Shown here in pieces: positions 24,301-34,420 of a DNA stretch of 64,000 nucleotides. Within the stretch, counting starts at the first letter, position 1; each line of letters starts with the position of its first letter. The translations under genes were made by a program, and so were the position numbers. The DNA is from Schizochytrium sp. TIO01 (lineage: Eukaryota; Protista; Bigyra: Labyrinthulomycetes): contig SMSO01000014.1 in the NCBI GenBank assembly GCA_004764695.1, positions 2,599,648-2,663,647 on the forward strand, written 5' to 3'. The notes beneath the pieces are model-generated. The model was given only the letters and a program-made list of their open reading frames with translations, did no database searches and was not told where the DNA came from.

Positions 24301-24873
24301 CATGTGTCGAAGGTCTTCGGGATCGCCAGTAACAAAGAGACGATCGCTACGACGTGGAAGTCTCTTGCTGCTCAGTACCTTTTTGGAGCTTTGCGCAGCC
24401 CCTCTTAAAAGTGCTCGGCCTGCTGGTGAGAGTTCGACCTGTGCAGCGCTCCCGGGAGACCCAAAGAGTGACGATCTTCGTCGACGCAAAGATGACGATT
24501 CTGGAGACCCGAACCATGAGGATTTATCTGACAAACAAGGGGAGTCTAGCGTTCCTGGAGCAAGCATTGGTGCAATCCCGCGGACTCGGAGCTGCTGATG
24601 TGCTTGAGCATGTACGTGATTTTGAGTTTGAGATGCTGGCGTTTGAATATGCGTTTGCAGTTGAGATGGTAGCGGTAGTTGTGATTCTTGTTGCAGTTGC
24701 TGTTCCTGCTGCCGTTGCACGTGTAGTCGGAGTTGTTCCTGCAATATATGCCCTTGGAGACTCTCATCTTGCTGCGGCGACTTGAGTGTTGTAAGCGCCT
24801 CTGGTATTGCATCTTCGTCGTTTCCCACTTCCAAGTAGTCTTCAGCAATGTTCATGGTCCCTAGAGACTCCAT
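21313..24873 (-). CDS. AGC Ser/Thr kinase of the RIM15/IRE/Greatwall (MAST-like) group
   Basis: CRICEE..H..C zinc motif, ISRGSVGRVFL, YAVK, HRDLKPDN, LTDFGLS, a long insert before VGTPDYMAPE, DWWSLG, and an AGC C-tail (PFIPRLDSEVDTKYF). First ATG at 24873. Confidence 0.9.
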   Translation of the reverse strand: MESLGTMNIAEDYLEVGNDEDAIPEALTTLKSPQQDESLQGHILQEQLRLHVQRQQEQQLQQESQLPLPSQLQTHIQTPASQTQNHVHAQAHQQLRVRGIAPMLAPGTLDSPCLSDKSSWFGSPESSSLRRRRSSLFGSPGSAAQVELSPAGRALLRGAAQSSKKVLSSKRLPRRSDRLFVTGDPEDLRHMLHDVRVLHEARSRAKLRADNSLQLALEEIAKVYDSKPTADPEILYARERIEDLAQRFLNASVLESDHEHHTKLVEIVEEILQLKFYESRCCAIFLFAVAPYTRRALAIDLLTDEDQKHSEHLAMRNLCSSSCDFDLFTPPAPCSATPDSPHSTFHGASDTETLDDPSEYFERELAGFNDRLSHLQTKIESKQRMQCPAADTVGSLTPGRSIPPRSRPSRSITSTTATLSLPAQQSSLRHATSGAIASAPVSAIASNNTATIDSSGSIVSITGPSSTVRLKGVRCRICEEVIPRSLAAIHFKNCLESYKDIYKECRLESLLASLKRARTRTRAPEEIEVISFEEYAAIIDQIAAGINYIVEARAGEDNGLSPHSRRQILGQAQESLANVLDSLGKSPAYSSLKALTVEALDLAIAQSSNTSHRRNSSVTKRPPNPSPKEFDFTKVISRGSVGRVFLAVKRRTGDVYAVKVMDKAEVMRKNLAARIVAERNVMARAADCPFVVKLYFSFETRTRLFLAMEFVQGGDILSLLNTYGVIPEGAVRWYASEIVVALKYLHEQLNVCHRDLKPDNILIGRDGHIKLTDFGLSHIGIVQGLDASTGKDLLPPSSASSSGYHSDSVIDQENYGSSSSQGRRRALTRMQFGKTHRSSSPSAHAERRRLMRSQVGTPDYMAPEILLGTGHGFACDWWSLGIIIYEMLFGMPPFNDETPQRIFNNILSGKLPPEEARAPVTASDLAWDLLDGLLQTNANKRLGNEGAAEIQGHPFFEGIKWTMLESGNFEGEEDTVPFIPRLDSEVDTKYFANNADVAEECVQPNSSRAEDGRASHHGSSSMSNNSVYSNIGAVSIKSNNNYGSTNTVGNEHDTMSYTGYTSTKASPNNSYHSGTGFTSEFEKKSSRGFNPSAEDNDYISGEGQSLVMDDDEYDRELSDDEEDENDCINQDDAKSPPPTPFPEINFAFSQVSNLQKLNIAAAAEAEESEENSGLYEDELEYKLSNK

Positions 24874-25842
24874 TTCCTTGAATTCTAGCGCTTCCCAGTT
24901 CAAGCAAAGCTGTAGGTTATTCTCAGAGATCTCTAAGTACTTTCAGGCTCAACAATTAATATATTAGAGCTCAACGTCGCAGCGTTGTCAAGGGGGTCTT
25001 CTCTTCAACAAAGTATTAAAAATCACACTAGAAACCACCTCCTAAAGGAAAGAAGAGCGAAACCACCAAGTTGAATTGTTTGATCGAACGAACCTCACGC
25101 AATCAAGAGCACACGGTAAGACTCCGTTTATTGCCGCAGCCGCACTCAGCTCCTTCTCTTGAGTTATAGAGCGCCACAACAAGCGAGTAGCAAGCGAAGC
25201 TTGCCGTTGACGGTGGTACGCGATGCTGAGCGTGATATCGGACCCGTGGACGAATGAACAAAACCAACTGACACAGCGGCTGTTTTGACAGTAGAACCAG
25301 GGCGCGGGCCAGCAGCGGCGCGTCGCCTGGAAGAGCAGCCCTGCTCAAAAGGGCTCTGCCCTGTGGCCTGAAGCAGAGAGTCTGAGTCTCCAAGTATTAT
25401 ATACTGCTTGTTTGCTACATACAGACTATTTTAGTGCTTGTAGCTGTCATAATAAAACGCACCCTTTCACGCGCCGTCTTTGTCTCGAAAACAACTCTTC
25501 GAGCAGTCGTCGCGAGAGGTTGAGGGATCTACCGCAGCCTATTATAGACCGCCAAAGCCGGAGCGTCGATGTTAGCTGAAGCCCCAGCTTTGGCTCTTTG
25601 GGGTCGTCGTTGTTGAAGCAAAAACTACGGAAATTGATGAAAAGTCGAACGAACGAATGAGTGAAAAGAAAACAAACAGAACTGGGCTCGCAACGATCAC
25701 TTTGGAATCGAAGTGGTCTTTGGAGGGACTAGCGAGGTAACGTGAGCTGCTGAGCTGCTGGATACGTCTGTAGTTAGCAGGGGGGCGTACTTGTAGAAAG
25801 GCACTCTAAAAGTGAAAGAAAGAGCTGACTGAGGAGGGGCTC

Positions 25843-26781
25843 ATGAGTGGCACTAGTGGGGATCCTGTAAAGGACGGGATGCAAAGCAGCTATCAGCGCT
25901 ATGACGCATCCGTGATAGGAGTGCTCGTGGGAGTGCCCGGCGCGGGAAAATCTGAGCTATGCAGGAAACTTCAAATCTCTGGAGATCAGAATGAAGTCTC
26001 AGTGAGAGTCGTGGAATTTGATGCGCTCGAAGACGCTGAGAAAGGGGATTTCGGAAGAGAAACGGCAAAATTTGAAGCCCAAATGTGGCATGTGGCACGC
26101 CAAGAGGGCATCCGGCGCGTAGAAGGTGCACTACAAGATGCAAAGGATTCGAAAAGGAAAGTATTGGTCTTGGTAGACGATAATATGTACTACCAGAGCA
26201 TGCGAGTTCCGTTCAGGCAACTTGCTCAAAAGTTTGGCGCAGGGTATTTGGAAATATTAGTTGACTGTAACCTCCAAGTAGCACTGGAACGTAATAAATC
26301 CAGAGATCCCTTCCACCGGCGTGTGCCAGATAGTGTAATAGAACGCATGGCTACTTTGATGGAACCACCCACACCCCAACGACGATTTGTACGGATTAAC
26401 ACGTCAGACTCAAGCTTAAGTTCAAGCAAGACTGCAGCCAACTCCGTTAAAACCATCTTGCGAGTGGTGCAAGATGCCAGCTTGAATCCAGAAATTAACA
26501 AGGAGCTATTACGCGAGCAAAAGGCTGCGGCTTCGCGAGAAGACAGTGCAAGCAACGAACGCCATCAAAAAGAAATCCAGTTGCGAAGAGTAGTCAGTGA
26601 GTTCATACAGAAAGCTCCCAATGAGCTACGGCGTGAAGCTGCGCAGCTGGCAGCCAAAATAAAGTCCTTGCGTGGTGAGAGTGTCCTTTCTTCTGAGATG
26701 CCTCTTGAGGATTTTCGCAGGCAATTAGACGAAAACTTTTCTTCATTTTATACACCTGAAGCTTTGTCGTCTTCCCCGTGA
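25843..26781 (+). CDS. PSTK: L-seryl-tRNA(Sec) kinase (PSTK)
   Basis: P-loop GVPGAGKS, LVDDNMYYQSMR, ALERNKSR..VPDSVIERMATLMEPP and C-terminal HQKEIQLRRVVS are typical of eukaryotic PSTK. Confidence 0.8.
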   Translation: MSGTSGDPVKDGMQSSYQRYDASVIGVLVGVPGAGKSELCRKLQISGDQNEVSVRVVEFDALEDAEKGDFGRETAKFEAQMWHVARQEGIRRVEGALQDAKDSKRKVLVLVDDNMYYQSMRVPFRQLAQKFGAGYLEILVDCNLQVALERNKSRDPFHRRVPDSVIERMATLMEPPTPQRRFVRINTSDSSLSSSKTAANSVKTILRVVQDASLNPEINKELLREQKAAASREDSASNERHQKEIQLRRVVSEFIQKAPNELRREAAQLAAKIKSLRGESVLSSEMPLEDFRRQLDENFSSFYTPEALSSSP

Positions 26782-27838
26782 TCCGATCGAATTTGTAAAC
26801 TATTCTGATACCTATTTTCATCAGAATCATCTGTTGGAAATCAGAATGAACATGTGAAAGTAGAAAGTATTCTGGCACTATTTATACCTTTTATGCATAT
26901 ATGTTTGTGTTTTTAGCTATAAATATTTTCTTGTCAAATTTAGTTGATGTGGGGTGCACAGGTGCCGCTGATAGTTTGAAATCGCTCCTAGGCTCCATAA
27001 AAATTTCTTGACTGAAGTGTTGAAATTGTAGCGTGGCACACTCATGTCAGTTGCAATGAACAGTTAAATTTTTGATAGAATACAATGGATTATGATGAAC
27101 TCTCAACAGAAATGACAATGATGGATCATCTTAAAACATGTTTGTTCTTAGACTGGCGTTTCTTTTTAAAGCAATAACTCCGAGCTATTTGGAATTATGA
27201 ACACCGATATTACTTCTTTGCACGATTGTATGCAATTTTAGCCTGCAGTTGCCCAGTGAGCCTCACATTTAAAAACGCTTCAGGGGTGCTCAAGAATACC
27301 AAAGACAACCTTTCTCAGTTGTCAAGTAATTTTCTGTTGTGTTGATGGAGTTAAGGTACTTTTTCCAATGCTCGTAGGTTGCATAAAGGGATAATACCAA
27401 AAATGGATGGACAAAATCCAAAGAAGATCGTTTAACTGACGTTACCCATATCTATATCAGACTCGCCGCCAAGAAATATGGTATTTTCTTAAATCATTTA
27501 TGTTATCTCCCAAAAGATAGGTATTAGCTTTGTTTACAACTGAGCAGCATTTTATTTATAATTCATTTCTATCTTGTTAACTGCTGCATCCAATCCAAGC
27601 CCTACTTACTTAGGATTAAAGAAACAAATGGGTAGCATGCTAGGTAGCTCTTGATTCCTGCAAGAGGATCATTACTAACACTGAGAGATCTCATCTCTTT
27701 GTACTTTGAGCTGCAATGGACCTTCTGTATAATCACAATGCTAGGTACTGCAAATCATGTTTGGTATGAAGAACATGGGTTCATCCTAAACTAACAGATT
27801 AGCTTCGACCCGGGCAGTACTTTGTGTGATTCAGCCAT

Positions 27839-28026
27839 GAGCAGGTAGTTACTCCTATACATCCAGCACCACGAGTACGCGAAGATGGGTACTCGAGCTG
27901 ATGTTCCATAGCCCCTCGTATATTCCCTAAACCAGCGCGGAGCAGGTAGTTACTCCTACACATCCAGCACCACGAGTATGCGAAGATGGGTACTCGAGCT
28001 GATGTTCCATAACCCCTCATATTCTC
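27839..28026. repeat. Tandem duplication, two ~87-bp copies with period 101
   Basis: gagcaggtagttactcct...gatgttccata(g/a)cccctc begins at 27839 and at 27940, with few substitutions. Confidence 0.9.
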
Positions 28027-28627
28027 AAGGGGCTGGCGAACTCACATTGTAGGGTCATCCAAGAGGTAATCTCTCCAGTTTCAATATTTTAAAAGATTTT
28101 GTTTTTTGATTGTTTTGTTTTAAAATTTTGAATCCCAAAGCTCACCTTCACCAGAAGAACTTGACAAGTTATCTTCACGGGACATCTTCTCACCTCTTCT
28201 ACTTTTCAAGTTTTAATTTTATGAAAAAGGGATCTTTGTTGATCATCCCTGATCACTCCTCTGGATGACTCCAGGACGTCAGGAGGACAAATAGCATAAA
28301 GTCGCCCAACCAATTTGATGTGAGAGCTCTCGCAACGACACTTAATCTCTTGCCAGAACCTTTGTACAACTAGCAAACACTTGCAAAGGTCGAAGCTCTC
28401 CATTTTGGTCCTCAGTCATTATTACCATCAAGGACTCCTTCCATTCAGAAGATTGAGTCAAAACACCTAGCACCACCTTTTCTCTTTTCTCTTTTCTTTT
28501 CTATGATCTTTGATGGTGCAAAACTGCCGCAGCCTGTTTATTTAAGTTTTGTAAAGCTTAATCATGCTCAGTTATGAACTAAAAGTATTGAGTTGACCTG
28601 CTTGCTTGCCTCTCCCGAGGCCTGAGC

Positions 28628-28745
28628 GCGATATTTCATATATTTCACACATACAACCCTTGCGTTGATTTTAATAGGAGCGTGCGTACTCCCTGCGATG
28701 TTTCATATCTTCCTCACATGCAACCCTTGAGTTGTTTTTGATAAG
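28628..28745. repeat. Imperfect ~50-bp direct repeat, two copies
   Basis: gcgatatttcatatatttcacacatacaacccttgcgttg (28628) vs gcgatgtttcatatcttcctcacatgcaacccttgagttg (28695). Confidence 0.7.
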
Positions 28746-29503
28746 TGTAATTCTCCTCTTCCTTCTGTCATGTAAGACTGAACTCCGCGTCACTTGATGA
28801 TTAAGTTGAAAACCCAACAAAGTAAGAGAACTTCATCAAGCCGTGATGAAATCTGGCACCACGCTCCAAGAATGTTGCAAGGTCTAGTATGCTTTGAAAG
28901 TTTCTTGAGCTGGAAACTAGCTGCAGTCCACAAACCAAAAAGAAAAAATTAGACTATTCAGTTCGAGGTTAGCACCTGCACGGTCCGCCGAGCTCGCTTT
29001 CCCTGAACACACTTTTGTCTTTTTGCAACACAAACTATTTTCTGGGCTGTCAAAAGCTGCTCCGGTGCAGTGGCTTGGCACTCCAGTATTGATTGCCTGA
29101 GCAATACCCCATTCGTGGGAAACGAGGTGTTCACTCGTACTATTCTTGAACCCAGACTCTGATAGCGTCGAAGAGCTTGTGCTTTGACGAGGACATCACT
29201 TGGGTTGGGAAAGCTGCACGTGGGCTTGTGAGACACCCTCAAGGGTGCGGAGGGGCTGAGAACAAGCTTTAAGTCTTCAGCACCCCGCCAAGTAGCACAG
29301 CAAAAGTAAGGAAAGGGTTCCTTGCAATTAGCTGCTAGGAGCTAAACCAATTTGCATACTAGTATTTCGCATTCCGGGTCAATAGACTTAGCTTGCGCAT
29401 GGTGGCAAATCGCTGATCTTATCTAGCAAACAACACCAAGTTGATCCTAATTTCGTCGGTCTGTTCGTACGGAAAATAAACGTTCGCGCGTTCACGCATT
29501 GAA

Positions 29504-30991
29504 ATGCTGCTTATGAGATGTTTCCCCGTGACCCTGAGTATTTTGCTCTGGGCTAGTCAAGCATATGCTGTGAAACCAAACGTACTAATTTTCTATACTG
29601 ATGATCAGGGATATGGTGACCGCGGGAAGTATAATCCAGGCATTCTTAACATGCCAGAGCTAGAGGCCCTATCAGCAAACGGCTTAGAATTCACCGATGG
29701 CCATACAGGTGCCGCTGTTTGCACGCCGGCACGTTTTGCTCTTTTGACTGGAACTTATGCTTTTAGACAAAATCCGGCCGGAGGCGCGATTGAGGCTGAT
29801 GACTCACCAATGATCCCGGGTTACTATACGCTTGCCAATCTGTTCAAGACTGCTGGGTACCGGACGTTGATGTCCGGGAAATGGCATCTTGGCATGAATA
29901 TGCCCGATGATCTTGTGAACGGAGTCATCGAAGGTGGACCAACCGATAGCGGGTTTGATGAGTTTTTTGGCATACCAGCCTCTATGAACTATGGATGGCT
30001 ATCTTATATTCGTGGTAACATGTTTGTTGAGGCTCCTGATGTGCTAACGAAGAAAGTTAAAGAGGGGGAGGGCTCAATCGTATCATGCCCAAGCGGCGAA
30101 GAGGATTGTGTAACGTTTGGTTTGGAATTCCCTTATTCAGCAACAAGTGGTGACATCTCCGTGGGTCCATCGTATCGTGCGCATTATTGTCTCAGCAACA
30201 TGACTTACGAAGCGATTGACATGCTTGAACGTCATGTCGCAAATTACCCTTCACAGCCATTTTTCTTATATCTGTCTGTGACTGCTCCGCATTTGCCGCA
30301 CACTCCTCACCCAGACTTTGTTGGGATCACTAGTTATGGTGCTTATGCCGATTATCTTGAGGAAATTGATTACCGTCTAGGACAAATTATGAAAACTCTC
30401 AGGCAGCTGGGTGTGTATGAAAATACTCTGCTAATTTTTACCAGTGACAATGGTACAGAAGATAAAGACAAGTATGTGGAGACTAATTTGAATTCAACAT
30501 GGATATATCGTGGTGAGAAGCGGGATCTATGGGAAGGTGGTCATCGGGTCCCTTTTGTTATGCATTGGCCTGATCAAATAAAAGCCAATTCCACATGGGC
30601 CGAACCTGTGAGTCAGGTTGACTTTATGGCGACATTTGCAGCTATGACTAATACGACATTGCCTTCCGGCGCTGGAAAGGATAGCTTCAGTCTTTGGGCA
30701 GTTCTGAAGGACGTTGATACAGCTTCATCCATGAATGTTCGGGAAAACCAGCCTCTTGTAGCTGAAGACGACCAAGGTCGCCTAATGGTTCGCTGTAACA
30801 CCTTCAAGTGGCTTCAAGTTAAAAGGTCAAAACTTTACGACTTAAAGCAACAACCTAGTGAAATAAAACCATACAAAGGTGCCAATCGCAAAAAATACAA
30901 GAAACTTCTTCGTAAAGCTGAAAAGGAAATCTACCGTAACGGGCACAGTTCAAAAACAGCTGTTTGCAACAAGTTTTTACTTTCTGATTAA
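29504..30991 (+). CDS. Secreted formylglycine-dependent (S1) sulfatase, paralog 1
   Basis: Signal peptide, PNVLIFYTDDQGYGD, CTPARFALLTG (CxPxR), GKWHLG, PHLPH, FTSDNG, EGGHRVP. Intronless. Confidence 0.95.
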   Translation: MLLMRCFPVTLSILLWASQAYAVKPNVLIFYTDDQGYGDRGKYNPGILNMPELEALSANGLEFTDGHTGAAVCTPARFALLTGTYAFRQNPAGGAIEADDSPMIPGYYTLANLFKTAGYRTLMSGKWHLGMNMPDDLVNGVIEGGPTDSGFDEFFGIPASMNYGWLSYIRGNMFVEAPDVLTKKVKEGEGSIVSCPSGEEDCVTFGLEFPYSATSGDISVGPSYRAHYCLSNMTYEAIDMLERHVANYPSQPFFLYLSVTAPHLPHTPHPDFVGITSYGAYADYLEEIDYRLGQIMKTLRQLGVYENTLLIFTSDNGTEDKDKYVETNLNSTWIYRGEKRDLWEGGHRVPFVMHWPDQIKANSTWAEPVSQVDFMATFAAMTNTTLPSGAGKDSFSLWAVLKDVDTASSMNVRENQPLVAEDDQGRLMVRCNTFKWLQVKRSKLYDLKQQPSEIKPYKGANRKKYKKLLRKAEKEIYRNGHSSKTAVCNKFLLSD

Positions 30992-33418
30992 TAAAGCCAA
31001 CAACGGTAGTAAACTGCCATGCATTGTGTGTACATGTATGGTGAGTCCAGGTTAAGACCAATAAGCCAACTTTAATCTCAGCCTTGTCAAGTTGGATTGA
31101 ATACTTTCTGGTCTTTCAGTGAATCAAACACGCAGTACCCATCAAATTCTCAATTCCTGTTTCAACTCTCCCTGTTAACTTGCTAATCTTTCTCAAATAG
31201 TATGTAGGCATTACATGTGCCTTCTACAGCGGGCTAAAACGAAGTATTTTCTTCAGTATGAAAGTTTCTGACTGCCGCCATTTTCTCAAATAAGGTGCTC
31301 AATATCCTAATACCTTAAATTAAGAATTCCCAACAATTAAGAATAAGTACCTCCTTCAGCAATTGATCGCATGCTTTTACTTACAAATCTCAAAAATGGA
31401 GACAAATGTTGAAGACGTGGGACCGACGTTCGTTTATTACTATTAATTTCAAAACCGGATTGTACAATAGATATTGAATGTAGCTAATTGAAATTCTCAC
31501 TAGATCTTATATATCACACTCTGAGTAGTTACAACCTCAATTATAAAATCATGCTAAACAAGCAACCCATGCCACGTAGCTGTTTGTTTGCAGTTAGTTG
31601 AATTTGGTCAAAGATGCATTGACCACATGACCACATGGCAACGAAGACAACCAAAAGTATGTTCCAATCAGTATTTACAAGGATTGCCGTCGACAGTCTC
31701 CGCACACCCACAAGGGTATATATTTTGTTAATGGCAAACTTCTATCAAGCCATCCAAAGTGCTGTCCATCCCAAGCCATCTTGAAAGGTAGCTGTTGCCC
31801 CGATGGAGTCTCCAAATAGCAAACAACAAACATTCGAGGCCAGACATGTATGACATTGTTGTTCGCTGGATTTAATGACTGGTAGTAGCACTCAGATATT
31901 ACTAGCTACCTCTAGAGACTCTTTACCACCATATACAAGAAGCATTATGTAGTGATGGTGAACTTCGTTCTCCTCAGAACAAACTTCGCTTCTCGATACC
32001 CAGAAGCCGTCTGAGAGTGGTGCGCGATCACGAATACCCACGCAGGTACATGCAACGAGTGAGTGAGTGATCGATTGTTATACAAAGAGTCAATCACAGG
32101 CGTCACCCGCTGCTCTTTGAGAGTTTCTCATGATTTGCCGATAACCCGACCCATGTCTCTGAAACATTGTCACAGCGAGTGCGCCATGAGATCGATGGTA
32201 ATCCACACGCACACACACACGCACAGTCGTCGTGCTCGTGTTCATAGCAAAGAATGTGCCTACCGCCTGCTGCGACGAATCCAGCCCCCCCCCCCCCCCC
32301 CTTGTGGGCAAGTTGTCGCCTTCGTTCAAGATGGAGGGAGGCACCACGTTTTGTTTGTCTTCGCCTCTTCAGCCACCACGGCACGGCGTGGAGGTAGACG
32401 ACGAATGGCACATGTTCAGACGTTCGTCTCTTCGAGTCCTTTCAAGGCCTCGCTCGCCGCAGAAGCGCTGACTGACAACTTGACAGACGAGTGCGGCAAA
32501 GCAGGATGGCCGAGATTCTACGTTTCAGTTCTACGTGTGGAAGGAAGGAAGGAAGGAAGCGCAGATGTCTTCGATGGCTACTGCTCCACGAGTTTGTTGC
32601 CAAACTCGCGAGGGAATGAACGAATTCTTCTCTCAGTCAGTTTATCACAGCTATTCATTCATTCCCTCAGCCCGTGAGGCTGTGGTTATCCGCCTCCTCT
32701 CCCGAGCCGCGGCTCCTCGACGTCTACGGCCGTGGCCACGCCCCGAGTGAGGAGGAGTAACCTGCCTCGCTCGCTCGCTCGCTCGCTTGCTTTGCGAAGG
32801 GACTGATGGAACAAAATAAGACAGCCCAGCGAGCGCTTCCGTTTGGTCAACAGCCCTTGAACGCACAGACAAACACACACAAACAAACAATCAAACACAC
32901 GCACGTAAACTGCATCCGCAACGTTCCATTCCCATTCGAGCCGCGCCGAGCCGAGCTTTCGCACGTCGAATAAACGAATGAATGAATTTATGAATGAAAT
33001 GTAATGTATGAATGAAATGTATGTATGAATGAATGAATGAACGAACGAACGATGGGTCCATCTAATCATACATGTAATATGGCAGTTAGAATCAACCATC
33101 ATAAGTGCATTCGGTTCATTTTTCTTTGCTTTGCGACGAATAACAAACAGCGCAGAGAAAGCACTCGATACCACGACAATACGGGTGGTCGCGGAGTGCT
33201 TTCTGTTGCTATTTCTTAGGTTAGTAGGTATGCCCTCCACAGCGGTCTATCGATCGACGAATCGACCCATCAACCTCACTTTGGAAGTCGGTCGAAGAGG
33301 TCTGCTTCGCTGAAAACTCACTCCCTCGCGGCGTGCCACAGCGGCCGCAGAAGTGGGTGCTAGTTCGCTGATGGAGCTTCGCTCGAGCCACCTTGAAGAA
33401 GAGAAGTTGCTCACGGCA

Positions 33419-33493
33419 GTTTATTTGTTCATTTGTTTATTTGGTTATTGTTTATTTGTTTATTTGTTTATTTGTTTGTTTGTTTATTTGTTT
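33419..33493. repeat. Imperfect (TTTA/TTTG)n microsatellite
   Basis: Seen directly in the sequence. Confidence 0.8.
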
Positions 33494-34268
33494 GGTCGCC
33501 ATCATTGATGATGTATGTGTGTTTTGATCGAGAACTTAGGTTATGAGCAAACGCAAGCATCGGCGAAGGATCCTCGTCGGCCATACCGTTAGCGACGGGG
33601 CAAAGCTGCTGCTGAAGCTAACTCGGGACGCCAAGGCCGGCCGGCATCCATCAGACTACCGGAGACTGACTTGCTACATCCAAAAGTCCTCTTTTGGCAC
33701 ATATTCATTCTCGTTTATTTGTTTTATTTGTTAGTTTACTTTAATTATTATTTATTTAATTATTATTTTTTAAAAAAAAAGAAAAAAAAAAAGGCAATCA
33801 ATCCCATCCAACTCAGAAGACGAACTTCCTAGATTGAGACTGACTTAGAGATTGATAGATTGATAGATACTAAGTCTCATCTCTCTCATTACCGCGAAGA
33901 GCCGCGACCAACGACCACAGCATAGCCAGATAGAGAGCTAGGTAGCTAAGTGGGTGGGTGGGTACCTTAGTAGCAGGAGCAAATGTACGAAGTTTTTCAG
34001 TCACTCGTTTACAGCACGCACAGTCTATGCTCAAGTTTGGTTTGGCGATGTGATCGAAGTGGTCGGCAAGTTCTTGCTTGCTTGATGTATTAATTGGTTG
34101 ATTGGTGTATTGGTTGAAGTTCTGATGGGATGATTGATGGATTGATGGATTAATAAAGCAAGCCTCAAGTTGCTTGCTGGGGCCATCGCTTCAGTTCTGT
34201 CCAGTTGGCGGCTTTGAGTGCGGGATGACATCACTCTGGCTGGCGAAAGCTTCTTCTGCATGTTTGTG

Positions 34269-34420
34269 GTTGTTTGTTTGTTTGTTTGTTTGTTTGTTTG
34301 TTTGTTTGTTTGTTTGTTTGTTTGTTTGTTTGTTTGTTTGTTTGTTTGTTTGTTTGTTTGTTTGTTTGTTTGTTTGTTTGTTTGTTTGTTTGTTTGTTTG
34401 TTTGTTTGTTTGTTTGTTTG
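34269..34420. repeat. (TTTG)n microsatellite, about 38 units
   Basis: Perfect tetranucleotide run. Confidence 0.97.

Noticed and set aside
27839-28026. Possible CRISPR-like repeat-spacer
   Set aside because: Only two long (~87 bp) copies with a ~14-bp gap, no cas genes, and a eukaryotic context; a simple tandem duplication.
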